A stretch of 37,403 bases of DNA from Limisphaerales bacterium (GTDB lineage: Bacteria; Verrucomicrobiota; Verrucomicrobiia; Limisphaerales; UBA11358). Positions within the stretch are counted from its first letter, which is position 1, and each line of letters begins with the position of its first letter. Position numbers and translations under genes: made by a program. Positions 1 to 10,300 of this stretch are shown here, piece after piece. Below the pieces are notes generated by a model. The model ran no database searches. It was not told where the DNA came from and saw nothing but the letters and a program-made list of their open reading frames with translations. The stretch is from positions 1 to 37,403 of the forward strand of contig JAYVCM010000134.1 in the NCBI GenBank assembly GCA_043749955.1. Direction: 5' to 3'.

Positions 1-14
1 TCCTTTTAGTTGTT

Positions 15-71
15 CACCCCTCACCTGCCATAGCCGCTGTCGCTGCTCCCCTCCGAGGGGAGCGGGAGAAG
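15..71. repeat. GC-rich hairpin repeat, family I (CACCCCTCACC ... TCCCCTCCGAGGGGAG ... GGGAGAAG)
   Basis: Shares the blocks CACCCCTCACC, TCCCCTCCGAGGGGAG and GGGAGAAG with the copy at 20575..20619. Contains the stem GCTCCCC/GGGGAGC around a TCCGA loop. Confidence 0.6.
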
Positions 72-118
72 AAGCCGGCGCTCCAGTTTTCCTGTGGCAC
101 TTGGCTTTTGGGGGGATT

Positions 119-3100
119 ATGATTTCTCCCATGCGCCGCCGAAATTTTTCATCATTGCTGCGTCATGGCTTTGCCGTTGGCCTCCCGGCCTGGCTCCTTT
201 TTTTCTCCGCCCCAAAATCCGCGGCCGCGCCGGTGGATTATCTGGTGGACAAGTGGGACACGGAAGACAACCTGCCGAGCAGCACGGTGACGTCCATCGC
301 GCAGACGCCGGACGGGTATCTGTGGGTGGGAACTTACAACGGGCTGGCGCGGTTTGACGGCGCACGGTTCGAGACGTTTGATCCGGTCAACCAGCCGGCG
401 CTGGGGCAGGCGCGGGTGCAGGCGCTGTTTCTCGACGCGAACGGCACGCTCTGGATCAACACGTTTCGCGGCGGGCTGACGTCGTATCGCCAGGGCGTGT
501 TCCGCAACGAATGGCCGAACCAGCCGGCGTTTGACCTGCACACCACGCTGGTGTCGTCGTCGTCCAACCAGATCACCTTTGTCACGCAGTTCGGCGAGGT
601 GCTGCGGCGCGACCTGGCCGCGACCAATGCCGGCTGGAACATTGCTGCGCCGCCGCCGGAGACGCGGCCGATTTTTCAATGTGCCGACGGCGCGGGGCGG
701 CTGTGGTTTCTGGCGCGCGACCGGCACATTTTACAATTCAGCGATGGCCGGTTCCAGGCGCTGGCGGACGACGGCGGCTTGGCGGGCAGCCGGATTTACA
801 CGCTGGTGGCGGATGCGGCGGGAAAAATCTGGGCGGGGGCGGAAAATGAAATTGCCGTTTGGGACGGCCGGCTGTTCCTCGCCATGACGCCGACGAACGG
901 CGCGACGGACATCCAGCCGCAGTCGCTTTTTCCGACGCGGGCCGGGGCGATGTGGGTGCTGGACGGCGAACGGCTGCGCAAAATGTCGGGCCGCGAATGG
1001 GTGGCCGAAGCCGCGCCGTGGCGCGGACTGCTGGGCGCGGCCTCGGGCCGCGCGATGGGCGCGCATGAGGATCGTGACGGCGGCTGGTGGTTTAATCATT
1101 ACGGCAACGGCTTGTTTCACATCACGCCGGAGGGACAGTTTCAGCGGCTGACCTCGCGGGAAAATCTGCCGAGCGACCGCGTGGGCGCGTGGTTCCAGAG
1201 CCGTGACGGGGGCGTCTGGGCGGGGGTGGACCACGGCGGGCTGGTGCGGCTGCACGACCGGCGGTTTCAAGTGATCGGCGTGAACGAGGGCCTGCCCGTG
1301 CGCACGGCGCTGTCCGTCTGTGAAGATGCGGAGGGTGTGATTTGGATCGGCACGGCGGGCGGCGGCCTGTGCCGCTGGACCAACGGCGTGGTCACGCGTT
1401 TCGCCGTCGGCCGGAGCGTGGCGGCGGATTTTGTTTTTGCCATTGCGCCCCGGCCGGGCGGCGGCGCGTGGTTGAGCGCGGCGGCGGGCGAGGACCTTTA
1501 CCAGTTTCAAAACGGCCAGGTGCGCCGCGCGTCGTGGGAGCTGCACGGCATCAAATCCATGCTGACCGACCGGCGCGGGCGCGTGTGGATGGGGACGAAG
1601 AACGGGATCGGTTTTTCCGACGGGAACGAGCGGCATATTTTGGGGACGAATGAAAGCGGCACGTTGCCGGCGGTGCGCGCGCTGGCGGAGGCGCCGGACG
1701 GAACGGTCTGGGCGGGCGCGGACAACGGCACGCTGTTCCGCTGCGAACCGGACAAGCTGACCGCGTTCCGGCCGGAGGACGCGCTGGCGGAGCAGCCGAT
1801 TTATTCGCTGACGGCGGATGCGGAGGGCGTGGTGTGGGCGGGGACGTTTCGCGGCGGGCTGCTGCGTTTCAAAAACGGGGAATTTTCGCGCATCACGGCC
1901 AGGCAGGGCTTGCCGGCGGATATCATCAGCCAGATTTTGGAAGACCGGCGCGGGCGGCTCTGGCTCGGCACACATCAGGGAATTTATTGCGTGGCCAAAG
2001 CCGCGCTGGACGCCATCGCCGATGGACGGGTCCCGCTCGGAGCGGGACTGGATTATGTGGCCTACGGGCGGCACGACGGTCTGCCCGCGCTGGAATGTTC
2101 CGACGGCTACCAGCCCGCGAGCTGGCGCGGCGCGAATGGAAAATTATGGTTCGCCACCGTCAGCGGCGTGGTGGCCATCAACCCGGAGGAAGCCACGGCC
2201 AAGTCGCCGCCGCCGCCGGTCATCATCGAGGAACTGCGCGTGGACGGCGAGGTCGTGAAGCTGCACGAGGAGGGAGGAGGGAAGATGGAAGATGGCCCGC
2301 GTCCGCGCACTTATCCAGCCTCCAGCCTCCACCCTCCATCCGCTCCCATCCGCATCCCGCCGGGACGCAAGCAGTTGGATTTTCGTTTCACCGCGTTGAG
2401 CTTTGACGCGGGCGACAAGGCGCGGTTCCGCTACCGGGTGGACGGGCTGGACACGGACTGGGTGGACGTGGACACGCGGCGGACGTTGCAACTGCGCAAC
2501 CTCGCGCCGCGCGAATACCGGCTGCGCGTCATCGCCTGCAACAGCGAAGGCGCGTGGAATCTGGACGGCGCGGCGCTGACGTTCGCGGTCCGCCCGTTTT
2601 TTTACCAGACGCTGGCGTTCCAGATCATCGCCGGGGTGTTGCTGGTGGCGGCGGTTTCCTTCGGCGTGCGCCGCGCGGCCACGCGGAAATACCGCCGCAA
2701 GCTGGCGCGGCTGGAACAGCAGCACGCCATCGAACGCGACCGCGCCCGCATCGCCAAGGACATCCACGACGACGTCGGCGCGGGCCTGACGCAGATCACG
2801 CTGCTCACCGAACTCGCGCGCCGCGAACCGGAGCAGACGGACGCGAACCTGGAGCGCATCTCCGATTCCGCGCGCACCCTGACCAAGGCGATGGATGAAA
2901 TCGTGTGGGCCGTGGATCCGCAGCACGACACGCTCGACGGCCTGGTGGATTACATCTCGGCCTATGCGGAAGATTTTTTGCGCGTGGCCGGCATCCGCTG
3001 CCGCATGGATTTCCCGATGAACCTGCCGACGACCCGCGTGGAGGCCGAGCTGCGCTACAATCTGTTTCTCGTCGTGAAGGAGGCGTTGAACAACATCGTC

Positions 3101-3460
3101 AAGCACGCGCGCGCGGATGAAGTCTGGCTGCGGCTGCACCTCGGCCCGAAATCTTTCACGCTCGCCATCGAGGACAACGGCTGCGGGCTGGGGGCGGACG
3201 ACGAGTTGCGAGCTGGTGAGTTGAGAGTTGAGGGTTCGGACGCTCAACTCTCAACTCACGGAACTCTCAACTCCAAAGCCGCCCGCCGCCTCAACTCCGG
3301 TTCGGGCCTGGAGAACATGAAGAAACGGCTGGCCGCCGTGGGTGGCCGCTGCGAGATCCACAGCGATGCGGGACGCGGCACGCGCGTGGAGATGACCGCC
3401 GCCCTCCGCCCTGGGGCATCGCCAGTTATGGCGATTGGCGGCAGTGAAACACCGGGGTAG
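119..3460 (+). CDS. Sensor histidine kinase with periplasmic two-component-regulator propeller repeats and Y_Y_Y domain, one TM, HisKA_3-type dimerisation domain and HATPase domain
   Basis: ORF 101..3460. First ATG is at 119, followed by a hydrophobic signal/TM segment. Repeated 'DG.LW.GT..GL' propeller motifs. TM segment FQIIAGVLLVAAVSF. H-box ERDRARIAKDIHDDVGAGLT. N-box VKEALNNIVKHA. G-boxes DNGCGL ... GSGLENMKKR. Start codon is uncertain (TTG 101, ATG 119 or ATG 131). Confidence 0.9.
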   Translation: MISPMRRRNFSSLLRHGFAVGLPAWLLFFSAPKSAAAPVDYLVDKWDTEDNLPSSTVTSIAQTPDGYLWVGTYNGLARFDGARFETFDPVNQPALGQARVQALFLDANGTLWINTFRGGLTSYRQGVFRNEWPNQPAFDLHTTLVSSSSNQITFVTQFGEVLRRDLAATNAGWNIAAPPPETRPIFQCADGAGRLWFLARDRHILQFSDGRFQALADDGGLAGSRIYTLVADAAGKIWAGAENEIAVWDGRLFLAMTPTNGATDIQPQSLFPTRAGAMWVLDGERLRKMSGREWVAEAAPWRGLLGAASGRAMGAHEDRDGGWWFNHYGNGLFHITPEGQFQRLTSRENLPSDRVGAWFQSRDGGVWAGVDHGGLVRLHDRRFQVIGVNEGLPVRTALSVCEDAEGVIWIGTAGGGLCRWTNGVVTRFAVGRSVAADFVFAIAPRPGGGAWLSAAAGEDLYQFQNGQVRRASWELHGIKSMLTDRRGRVWMGTKNGIGFSDGNERHILGTNESGTLPAVRALAEAPDGTVWAGADNGTLFRCEPDKLTAFRPEDALAEQPIYSLTADAEGVVWAGTFRGGLLRFKNGEFSRITARQGLPADIISQILEDRRGRLWLGTHQGIYCVAKAALDAIADGRVPLGAGLDYVAYGRHDGLPALECSDGYQPASWRGANGKLWFATVSGVVAINPEEATAKSPPPPVIIEELRVDGEVVKLHEEGGGKMEDGPRPRTYPASSLHPPSAPIRIPPGRKQLDFRFTALSFDAGDKARFRYRVDGLDTDWVDVDTRRTLQLRNLAPREYRLRVIACNSEGAWNLDGAALTFAVRPFFYQTLAFQIIAGVLLVAAVSFGVRRAATRKYRRKLARLEQQHAIERDRARIAKDIHDDVGAGLTQITLLTELARREPEQTDANLERISDSARTLTKAMDEIVWAVDPQHDTLDGLVDYISAYAEDFLRVAGIRCRMDFPMNLPTTRVEAELRYNLFLVVKEALNNIVKHARADEVWLRLHLGPKSFTLAIEDNGCGLGADDELRAGELRVEGSDAQLSTHGTLNSKAARRLNSGSGLENMKKRLAAVGGRCEIHSDAGRGTRVEMTAALRPGASPVMAIGGSETPG
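3216..3259. repeat. Heptamer-arm hairpin (AGTTGAG/CTCAACT family), copy inside the kinase CDS
   Basis: Perfect 17-bp arms GTGAGTTGAGAGTTGAG (3216..3232) and CTCAACTCTCAACTCAC (3243..3259) around the loop GGTTCGGACG. Further CTCAACT-like units extend to about 3299. Translated in frame as GELRVEGSDAQLSTHGTLNS. Confidence 0.9.
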
Positions 3461-3543
3461 ATTGTGCGCATGACACCACTCCCTTGCCGCCAAGGATTTT
3501 TCCCTGCGCCGGACTTTCGCTGCGGTTTTTCAATTCAAGCCGC

Positions 3544-4203
3544 ATGAGCATCTCCGTTTCCATTGTCGAGGACGACGCCCGCGTGCGGGCCAGCCTGTCC
3601 CGGCTAATTGACGGCGCCGCCGGCTACAGTTGCGTGAGTAACCATTCCTCCGCCGAGGATGCGTTGCGGGAAATCCCAAAGTTCAAGCCGAACGTGGTGC
3701 TGATGGACATCAACCTGCCCGGCATCAACGGCGTGGAATGTGTGCGCCAGCTCAAGCCGCAGCTCTCCGGCACGCAGGTCATCATGCTCACCGTATATCA
3801 GAACACGGAACACATCTTCAACGCCCTCGCCGCCGGCGCCACCGGTTACATGCTCAAGCAGACGCCGCCGGACGAGTTGCTCGCCGCCATCAAGGACGTG
3901 AACGCCGGCGGTTCGCCCATGAGCGGCCACATCGCGCGGAAAATCGTGCAGTCCTTCCAGTGCGTCGCGGCGGCGTCGCCCGAATCGCAAAGCCTTTCCC
4001 CGCGCGAGGCGGAAGTGCTCGCCCTGCTGGCCAAGGGATTTCTTTACAAGGAAATTGCCGAGGCGATGAAAATCACCTACGCCACTGTGCATACCCACAT
4101 CCGCCACATCTACGAGAAGCTCCATGTGCGTTCGCGGACGGAGGCCGTGGCGAAGCATCTCGGCGAGAGCCGTCCCCGCCCTGCACTGGCCGCATCACCC
4201 TGA
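3544..4203 (+). CDS. NarL/FixJ (LuxR-type) response regulator, REC plus HTH_LuxR
   Basis: ATG at 3544 gives MSISVSIVEDD, a typical REC N-terminus. Phospho-acceptor context VVLMDINLPG. C-terminal LSPREAEVLALLAKGFLYKEIAEAMKITYATVHTHIRHIYEKLHV matches the LuxR HTH. Lies directly downstream of a HisKA_3 kinase. Confidence 0.92.
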   Translation: MSISVSIVEDDARVRASLSRLIDGAAGYSCVSNHSSAEDALREIPKFKPNVVLMDINLPGINGVECVRQLKPQLSGTQVIMLTVYQNTEHIFNALAAGATGYMLKQTPPDELLAAIKDVNAGGSPMSGHIARKIVQSFQCVAAASPESQSLSPREAEVLALLAKGFLYKEIAEAMKITYATVHTHIRHIYEKLHVRSRTEAVAKHLGESRPRPALAASP

Positions 4204-4332
4204 AACGATTCATCACCAGAACTGGGGATATGATAACTGCCGGAGTGGGCTAACCTTGTCACTTCGCCCCTTTGGTCTTAACTGCGACATGTCCTCGCCT
4301 CGTTATTTCTCCCGGCGCAAAAAATTTAAATT

Positions 4333-7300
4333 ATGAAAACCAAACTCGCTCGAATCGTTTCCCGCTCCCTCGGCCTGTGCCTGCTGGCCGGCACCACCGC
4401 CCTGCACGCCGCCGACGGCGCCTGGACGACTGATGGTGACGGCAACTGGAGCAACGTCGCCAACTGGAATTCCGGTGCCGGCCCCATCGCCGACGGCAGC
4501 GGCGGCACGGCCAGCTTCATCAACCCCATCACGGTAGGGCGCACGGTCACGAGCGACACCGCGCGCACGATTGGCAACCTCGTTTTCACGGGCTCCGCCG
4601 CGTTGAACTGGACGCTGACGAATTCCGCCGCGCTGACGTTGGCGACCGGCTCCGGCATCTCCACCATCACCGTCAGCAGCAACACCGCCACGTTCAACGC
4701 TTCCGGCGCAGGTCTGGCGGGCGCGCAAACGGTGCTGAAGAATGGCTCCGGCATTCTCTCACTCGCGTGGAACAACACTTACTCCGGCGGCACGGTGATC
4801 GGCGAAGGACGGGTGAACTTGGCGACGGTCAACTCCGGGCAGTTCGGCACTGGCAGCATTACCATCACCAACAACTCGATTCTTTCGCTGATTCGCGCCG
4901 ACACCACCGACTCATCCAGCGTGGTTGGCAGCTTGACGAATGCGCTCGTGGTTCCGGCCGGCCAGACCGCCACGCTTTTGAGCCATCCGCGCGGTTCGAT
5001 CACTGGCACGCTGACTGGCGGCGGCACTTTGAATTTCCGGGTGAACGCCACGCGCGGTGACTTGAACGGCAACTGGTCGGCTTTCGCGGGGCAGATCAAT
5101 GTGACTGCCCGCACGGGCGCTGACGATTTCCGTCTGCTCAATGGCAATGGTTTCGGCAATGCCAAATTGAATTTGGGTGCTGGCGTCAATATGCAACAGC
5201 AGTTCAATCCTCCGAACACGACCCCCTTTACCACTTTTCAGGGTATCGGTGAATTATCCGGCTCAGGCAATCTTCAAGGTCAACCGGTCAGCGGTCGTTT
5301 TGTGAACTGGGTCATCGGCGGCTTGAACACCGACTCGACTTTTTCCGGCCCGATACAGAACAACACGGGCGCTTCGGCGGTCACCAAGACCGGCACGGGC
5401 ACGCTGTCGTTGAGCGCCAACTCTCCGTTCACGGGCGGGATGCTGGTCAGCACCGGCGCGGTCTATGGCGTCACCGGCGGTTCATTTTCCAATAGTCTCA
5501 TCACCGTGGCCAGCAACGCGGCCTTTGGCGCGGCGCAGTTCGGTGTGAAAGTGAACAGCGCCGGCGGCCAGTGGACCGGCACCAACCTCGTCCTGCGTTC
5601 CGGCTCCGCGCTGGCGTTCAACTTCGGCACGGTCGCGCCGAGCACCACGGTTCCGCCGTTGAAGCTGCTGGGTGGCATCACCTCTACCAACACGGTCACG
5701 GTTAATGTGCTGGGCGGCGCGGGTTGGTTGGCCGGCACCAGTTATCCGCTCGCGAGCTACGCCAGCAACTATGTGGGCAACGGCTTTTCCGCCTTCGCTC
5801 TCGGTTCGCAGCCGCTGCGGGTTTCCGGCAGCTTGAGCAATGACACCGTGAACAGCCAGATCTGGTATGTGGTTTCCGCCGTCAACACGCCGTTGAAATG
5901 GGCGGTGGGCAACGCCAACTGGGACATCGCCACCACCGCCAACTGGCAGGACGCGGCCAATGTCTCTGCGACCTATCAAGAGCAACTCGGCCTCGGCGAC
6001 CAGGTTTTGTTCAATGACTCGGCCAGCGGTTCTTCGCCCATCACCGTCACGCTGAATACCGGCGTGACGCCGGCCAGCGTGACGTTCAGCAACGTCGCAA
6101 AAAATTACATCCTCGCGGGCACGAGCAACATTTTGGGCAGCACCAGCATCACGAAAACCGGCGCCGGCACGCTGACGATTCAGAACACGAATTCCTTCAC
6201 CGGTGCGGTGAGCGTGAACGGCGGCACGGTGAACTTTTCCAAGTTGGGCAACCTCGGCAACGGGACGGCGATCAATTTCGGCGGCGGCGCGTTGCAGTTT
6301 GCGTCCGGCAACACGGCGGACATTTCCGCGCGCACCGTGACCATCAACTCCGGCGGCGCGACGATTGACACGGCGGGCAACAACGTGGCGTTCGCCAGCC
6401 GCATCGGCAACAGCGGCGCGGGCGGTTTGACCAAGACGGGCGCAGGCACGCTGACGTTGAACACGAACAGCACTTACACCGGCAACACCACCGTCAGCCA
6501 GGGCACGCTGGCGCTCGGTGCGGTCGCGTCGCTGTCCAACAGCGCGGCGGTCACCGTCAGTGCCGGCACCACGCTGGACGCCTCGGCGACGGGCTTCGGT
6601 TTTAACTTGAACGGAACCGGCGGCCAGATGCTCGCCGGCAACGGCGCGGTGAGCGGCGCGGTCACGACGGCGGGCGGCGCAAAACTTTCACCGGCCACGA
6701 ACGGCACCATCGGCACGCTGACGTTCAACAACGATCTCACGCTGAACGGCGGCACGTTCAACCTTGACGTGAACAACGGCAGCCGCGACCTCATCGCGGT
6801 CAGCGGCTTCTTGAACTTGAACGCCACCGTGAGCGGCACGGTGCAGATCAATGCGCTCGCGTTGCTGACGCTCAACAGCACGAACAAAATTTTCCAATAC
6901 CCGGCCGGGCAGTTGACCGGCGGCGGCGTCAGCACGTTGTCGCTCGCGGTCAGCGGCGTGGCGCAGTCGGGTCGGTTGCTCACGCTCGACAATTCGGTGG
7001 ACGGTGAAATTGACCTCGTGGTTCACGCCGCGCCCGCAAACAACCTGACCTGGTTCGGCGACGGCGGTGCCAATGCCTGGGATGTCAGCAGTGCCAACTG
7101 GACGGGCGCGACCAACATTTACAGCGACGGCGACAACGCGAACTTCACTGACGCTGGCGCGGCCAATTCGCCGGTGAACATTTCGCCGTCCGCCGTGACG
7201 CCGAACTCCGTGACCTTCAACGCCACGCTGCCTTACACCATTACCGGCGCGAAAATCACCGGCCCGGCCACGGTGACCAAGACCAACTCCGGCACGGTGA

Positions 7301-10300
7301 TTCTCGCCAACGTCGGCAACGATTACGGCATGACGGTCATCAAGGCCGGCACGCTGCAAATCGGCGACGGCAGCACGGCGGGAACTGCCATCGGCCAGGG
7401 CACGGTCACAAACAACGCGTCGCTCATCTTCAACCAGCCGGACAATTCGCAAGTCCTCGGCGACATCAACGGCACGGGCAGCCTGGGCAAGCAGGGCGCG
7501 GGAACATTGACGCTGCTCGGCAACAACACTTACGCCGGCGCGACCACGGTTGACACCGGCGTGTTGTCCATCGGCAGCGGCGGCACGGGCGGCACGCTGG
7601 GAGCGGCGGCGGTCACGCTCTCCACCGGTGGCACGCTGGATCTCAACCACAGTGGAACTTACACGCTGGCCAACACGATTTCGGGTGACGGCGTTTTGAA
7701 ATTTGACGGCGCGGCGACCGTGACTTACGGCAGCGGGAAGAGCTACCTCCAGAACACCTACATCAACAACGGCGTCGTGAAACTTTCCGCCGCGAATGTG
7801 ATTCCCAGCGGCGGCAGCACGACCGGCTGGCTCATCCTGGATGGCGGCGCAAGCACGGCGGGTTCGCTGGACTTGAACGGCGTCAACCAAAGTGCGAATG
7901 CGCTCTCCGGTTTGGGCGGCGCGGTGCAGGGCCGGATTTACAACAACGGTTCCGGTTTGAACACGTTGACGCTCGGCACGATTGCCAGCACCACTTACGC
8001 GGGATTGATCCTGAACAACACCAACGGCGGCGGCGGCGTAGTCGCGCTGACCGTCAACGGCGACGGCTCGCTCACCACCGCGCAAACCTTGAGCGGCGCG
8101 AACAGTTACACCGGCCCGGTGCTCATCAACGGCGGCAGCGTCATCATGGGCGGCGGCATCGGCACGGTCGGCCAGCAATCCATCGGCACCGGCGCCATCA
8201 CGCTGACCAACGGCGGCAGCTTGCAGATGAATGGCTACGGCAACGCCACGCAGTCGGGAAATTTTGTGAACAATATTTTGGTTCCCGCCGGCACCATCGG
8301 CAATTTGAAAACCGTGGGGCGCGGCAATTACACCGGCAGCGTGACGGTTCACGGCACGTTGAACCTGACCACGAGCTACATCCGCAGCACGCCGGGCGGC
8401 GACTGGTCGGCTTCGGATGGCCAGATCAACATCATTGCCGGAACGTTGGGCGGCGATGTCTATCTCAACAACGCCGGGAATATTAATTGGGGCACGGCGG
8501 CGGTGGACTTGGGCGCGGGCGTGGCGGTTTATAATTCGGCGAACACGGGCGTGAATGGCAACACTTTCACCATCGGCGAGCTCACCGGCACGGGCAGCAT
8601 CTCGGATACTTCGGCGGGCACGGCGGGTCGCGTGACAACGTATCAAGTGGGCGGTCGCAACACCTCGGCCACCTTCGCAGGAACTATTTTTAACCGCACG
8701 CGCATCACGGCCATCAACAAAGTCGGTTCCGGTTCGTGGACGTTGAACGGCACGGACAGCTACACGGGCGCGACGACCGTGAGTGGCGGCTCGCTGATTG
8801 TTGGGCCGAGTTCGTTCATGACGGCCAGCACGCTGATCACGGTCAACAGCGGCGCAGTATTGGACGTATCGAGCTACGCCGGCCTCACGTTGGCGGCGAA
8901 CCAGACGCTTGCAGGCAGCGGCGTCGTGACCGGCGCGGTCGTGGCGGTGGTGAGCGACATCCTCAGCCCCGGCGTCGGCACGTTGCCGGGAACCTTGAGC
9001 TTCTCCAACAACCTCACGCTCACCGGCGATTTCGTGACGAACAATTTTAATCTGTCCAGCGACCCGACGGGCATCAGCAAGACCAACAGCCAAGTGGTGG
9101 TTGCGGGCGACTTGAACGTGACCGGCTCAAACATCGTCACCATCAATGCGCTGAACTCGATCTTGGGCGCGGGCAGTTACACGCTGTTCAAATTCAGCGG
9201 CGTGCTGATGACCAACGGCGTCGCGGCGGGCGCCGGCACGCTGGAAAATAATTTCAACGCGGGCGGCGCGTTCCCGGCGAACGCCCACGTCTCGCTCACG
9301 TTCAGCAACACCGGCAGCGCGGTCGTGATGATCGTGACGCCGAACGGAAACAGCCTCGTCTGGCAGGGCGGCGTGTTCGGCACGGCCACGAACAACTGGG
9401 ATTTGAACTTGAGCACCAACTGGCACGCCGGGGCGACGACGACGAACTTCCTGAACTATGACAGCGTGACGTTCGACAACACCGCGACGAACTTCACCGC
9501 CGTCGTGGCCGGCACGCTTGCGCCGGGAGCCATCACGGTCGGCTCGACGAACGCGTTCACGTTCTCTGGCACGGGCAAACTCACCGGCACCACTGGCCTC
9601 ACGAAGACCGGCACGAATGTTCTGACCCTCAGCAACACCGGCGGCAATGATTACACCGGCACGGTGACGATCAACAGCGGCACGGTGAAAGCCGGCTCGG
9701 CCACCGCGCTCGGCGCAACAAATGGCGCGACGGTCATCAGCGGCACGGGCGCGCTGGATGTCGGCGGACAAAATCTCGGCGCGGAATCCGTCACGGTTTC
9801 CGGCTCCGGCCTCGGCGGCGCGGGCGCGATTCAGAACAGCGGCGCGGCGGCATTGAATGCGCTCCAGTATGTCACGCTCGCGGGCGACACCACGTTCGGC
9901 GGCACGAACCGCTGGGACATCCGCGCGAACACCAACGGCATTTTGGCTGGAAATAATTTTGCTCTGACCAAGACGAGCGCGAATGACATTTATTTCGTCG
10001 GCCTCGGCAACACCGCGCTCGGCAACCTTCACATCGAACAAGGACGCATCGGTGTCCAGGACAGCACCCTGCTCGGCACCGGCGGCACGCTGACGTTGTT
10101 CGCCGGTTCTGGTTTGGATTTGTGGAACAACAGCGTGACCAACACGAAAGCGATTTCGCTGACCAACGCCACGGTTTCCAGCAGCAGCGGCACGAATGTT
10201 TATGGCGGCACAATTAATTTGAACGGCTCTGGCACGTTCACCGCCACCACGCCGCTGCAATTGAACGGCGCGCTGGCAGGCTCGGGCGGCCTCGTCAAAA

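Noticed and set aside
731-2074. Long antisense or alternative-frame ORFs inside real genes. Examples: 731..2074(-), 2144..3247(-), 6688..9093(-), 9127..10260(-), 10309..11178(-), 11468..12592(+), 17665..18549(+), 20081..21154(+), 21192..22262(-), 24845..25678(+), 25540..26367(+), 27034..28758(-), 28860..30980(-), 35932..36768(+).
   Set aside because: Their translations are Arg/Ala/Gly/Pro-rich low-complexity sequence typical of shadow ORFs in GC-rich DNA. Each overlaps a gene with clear family motifs on the other strand or frame.
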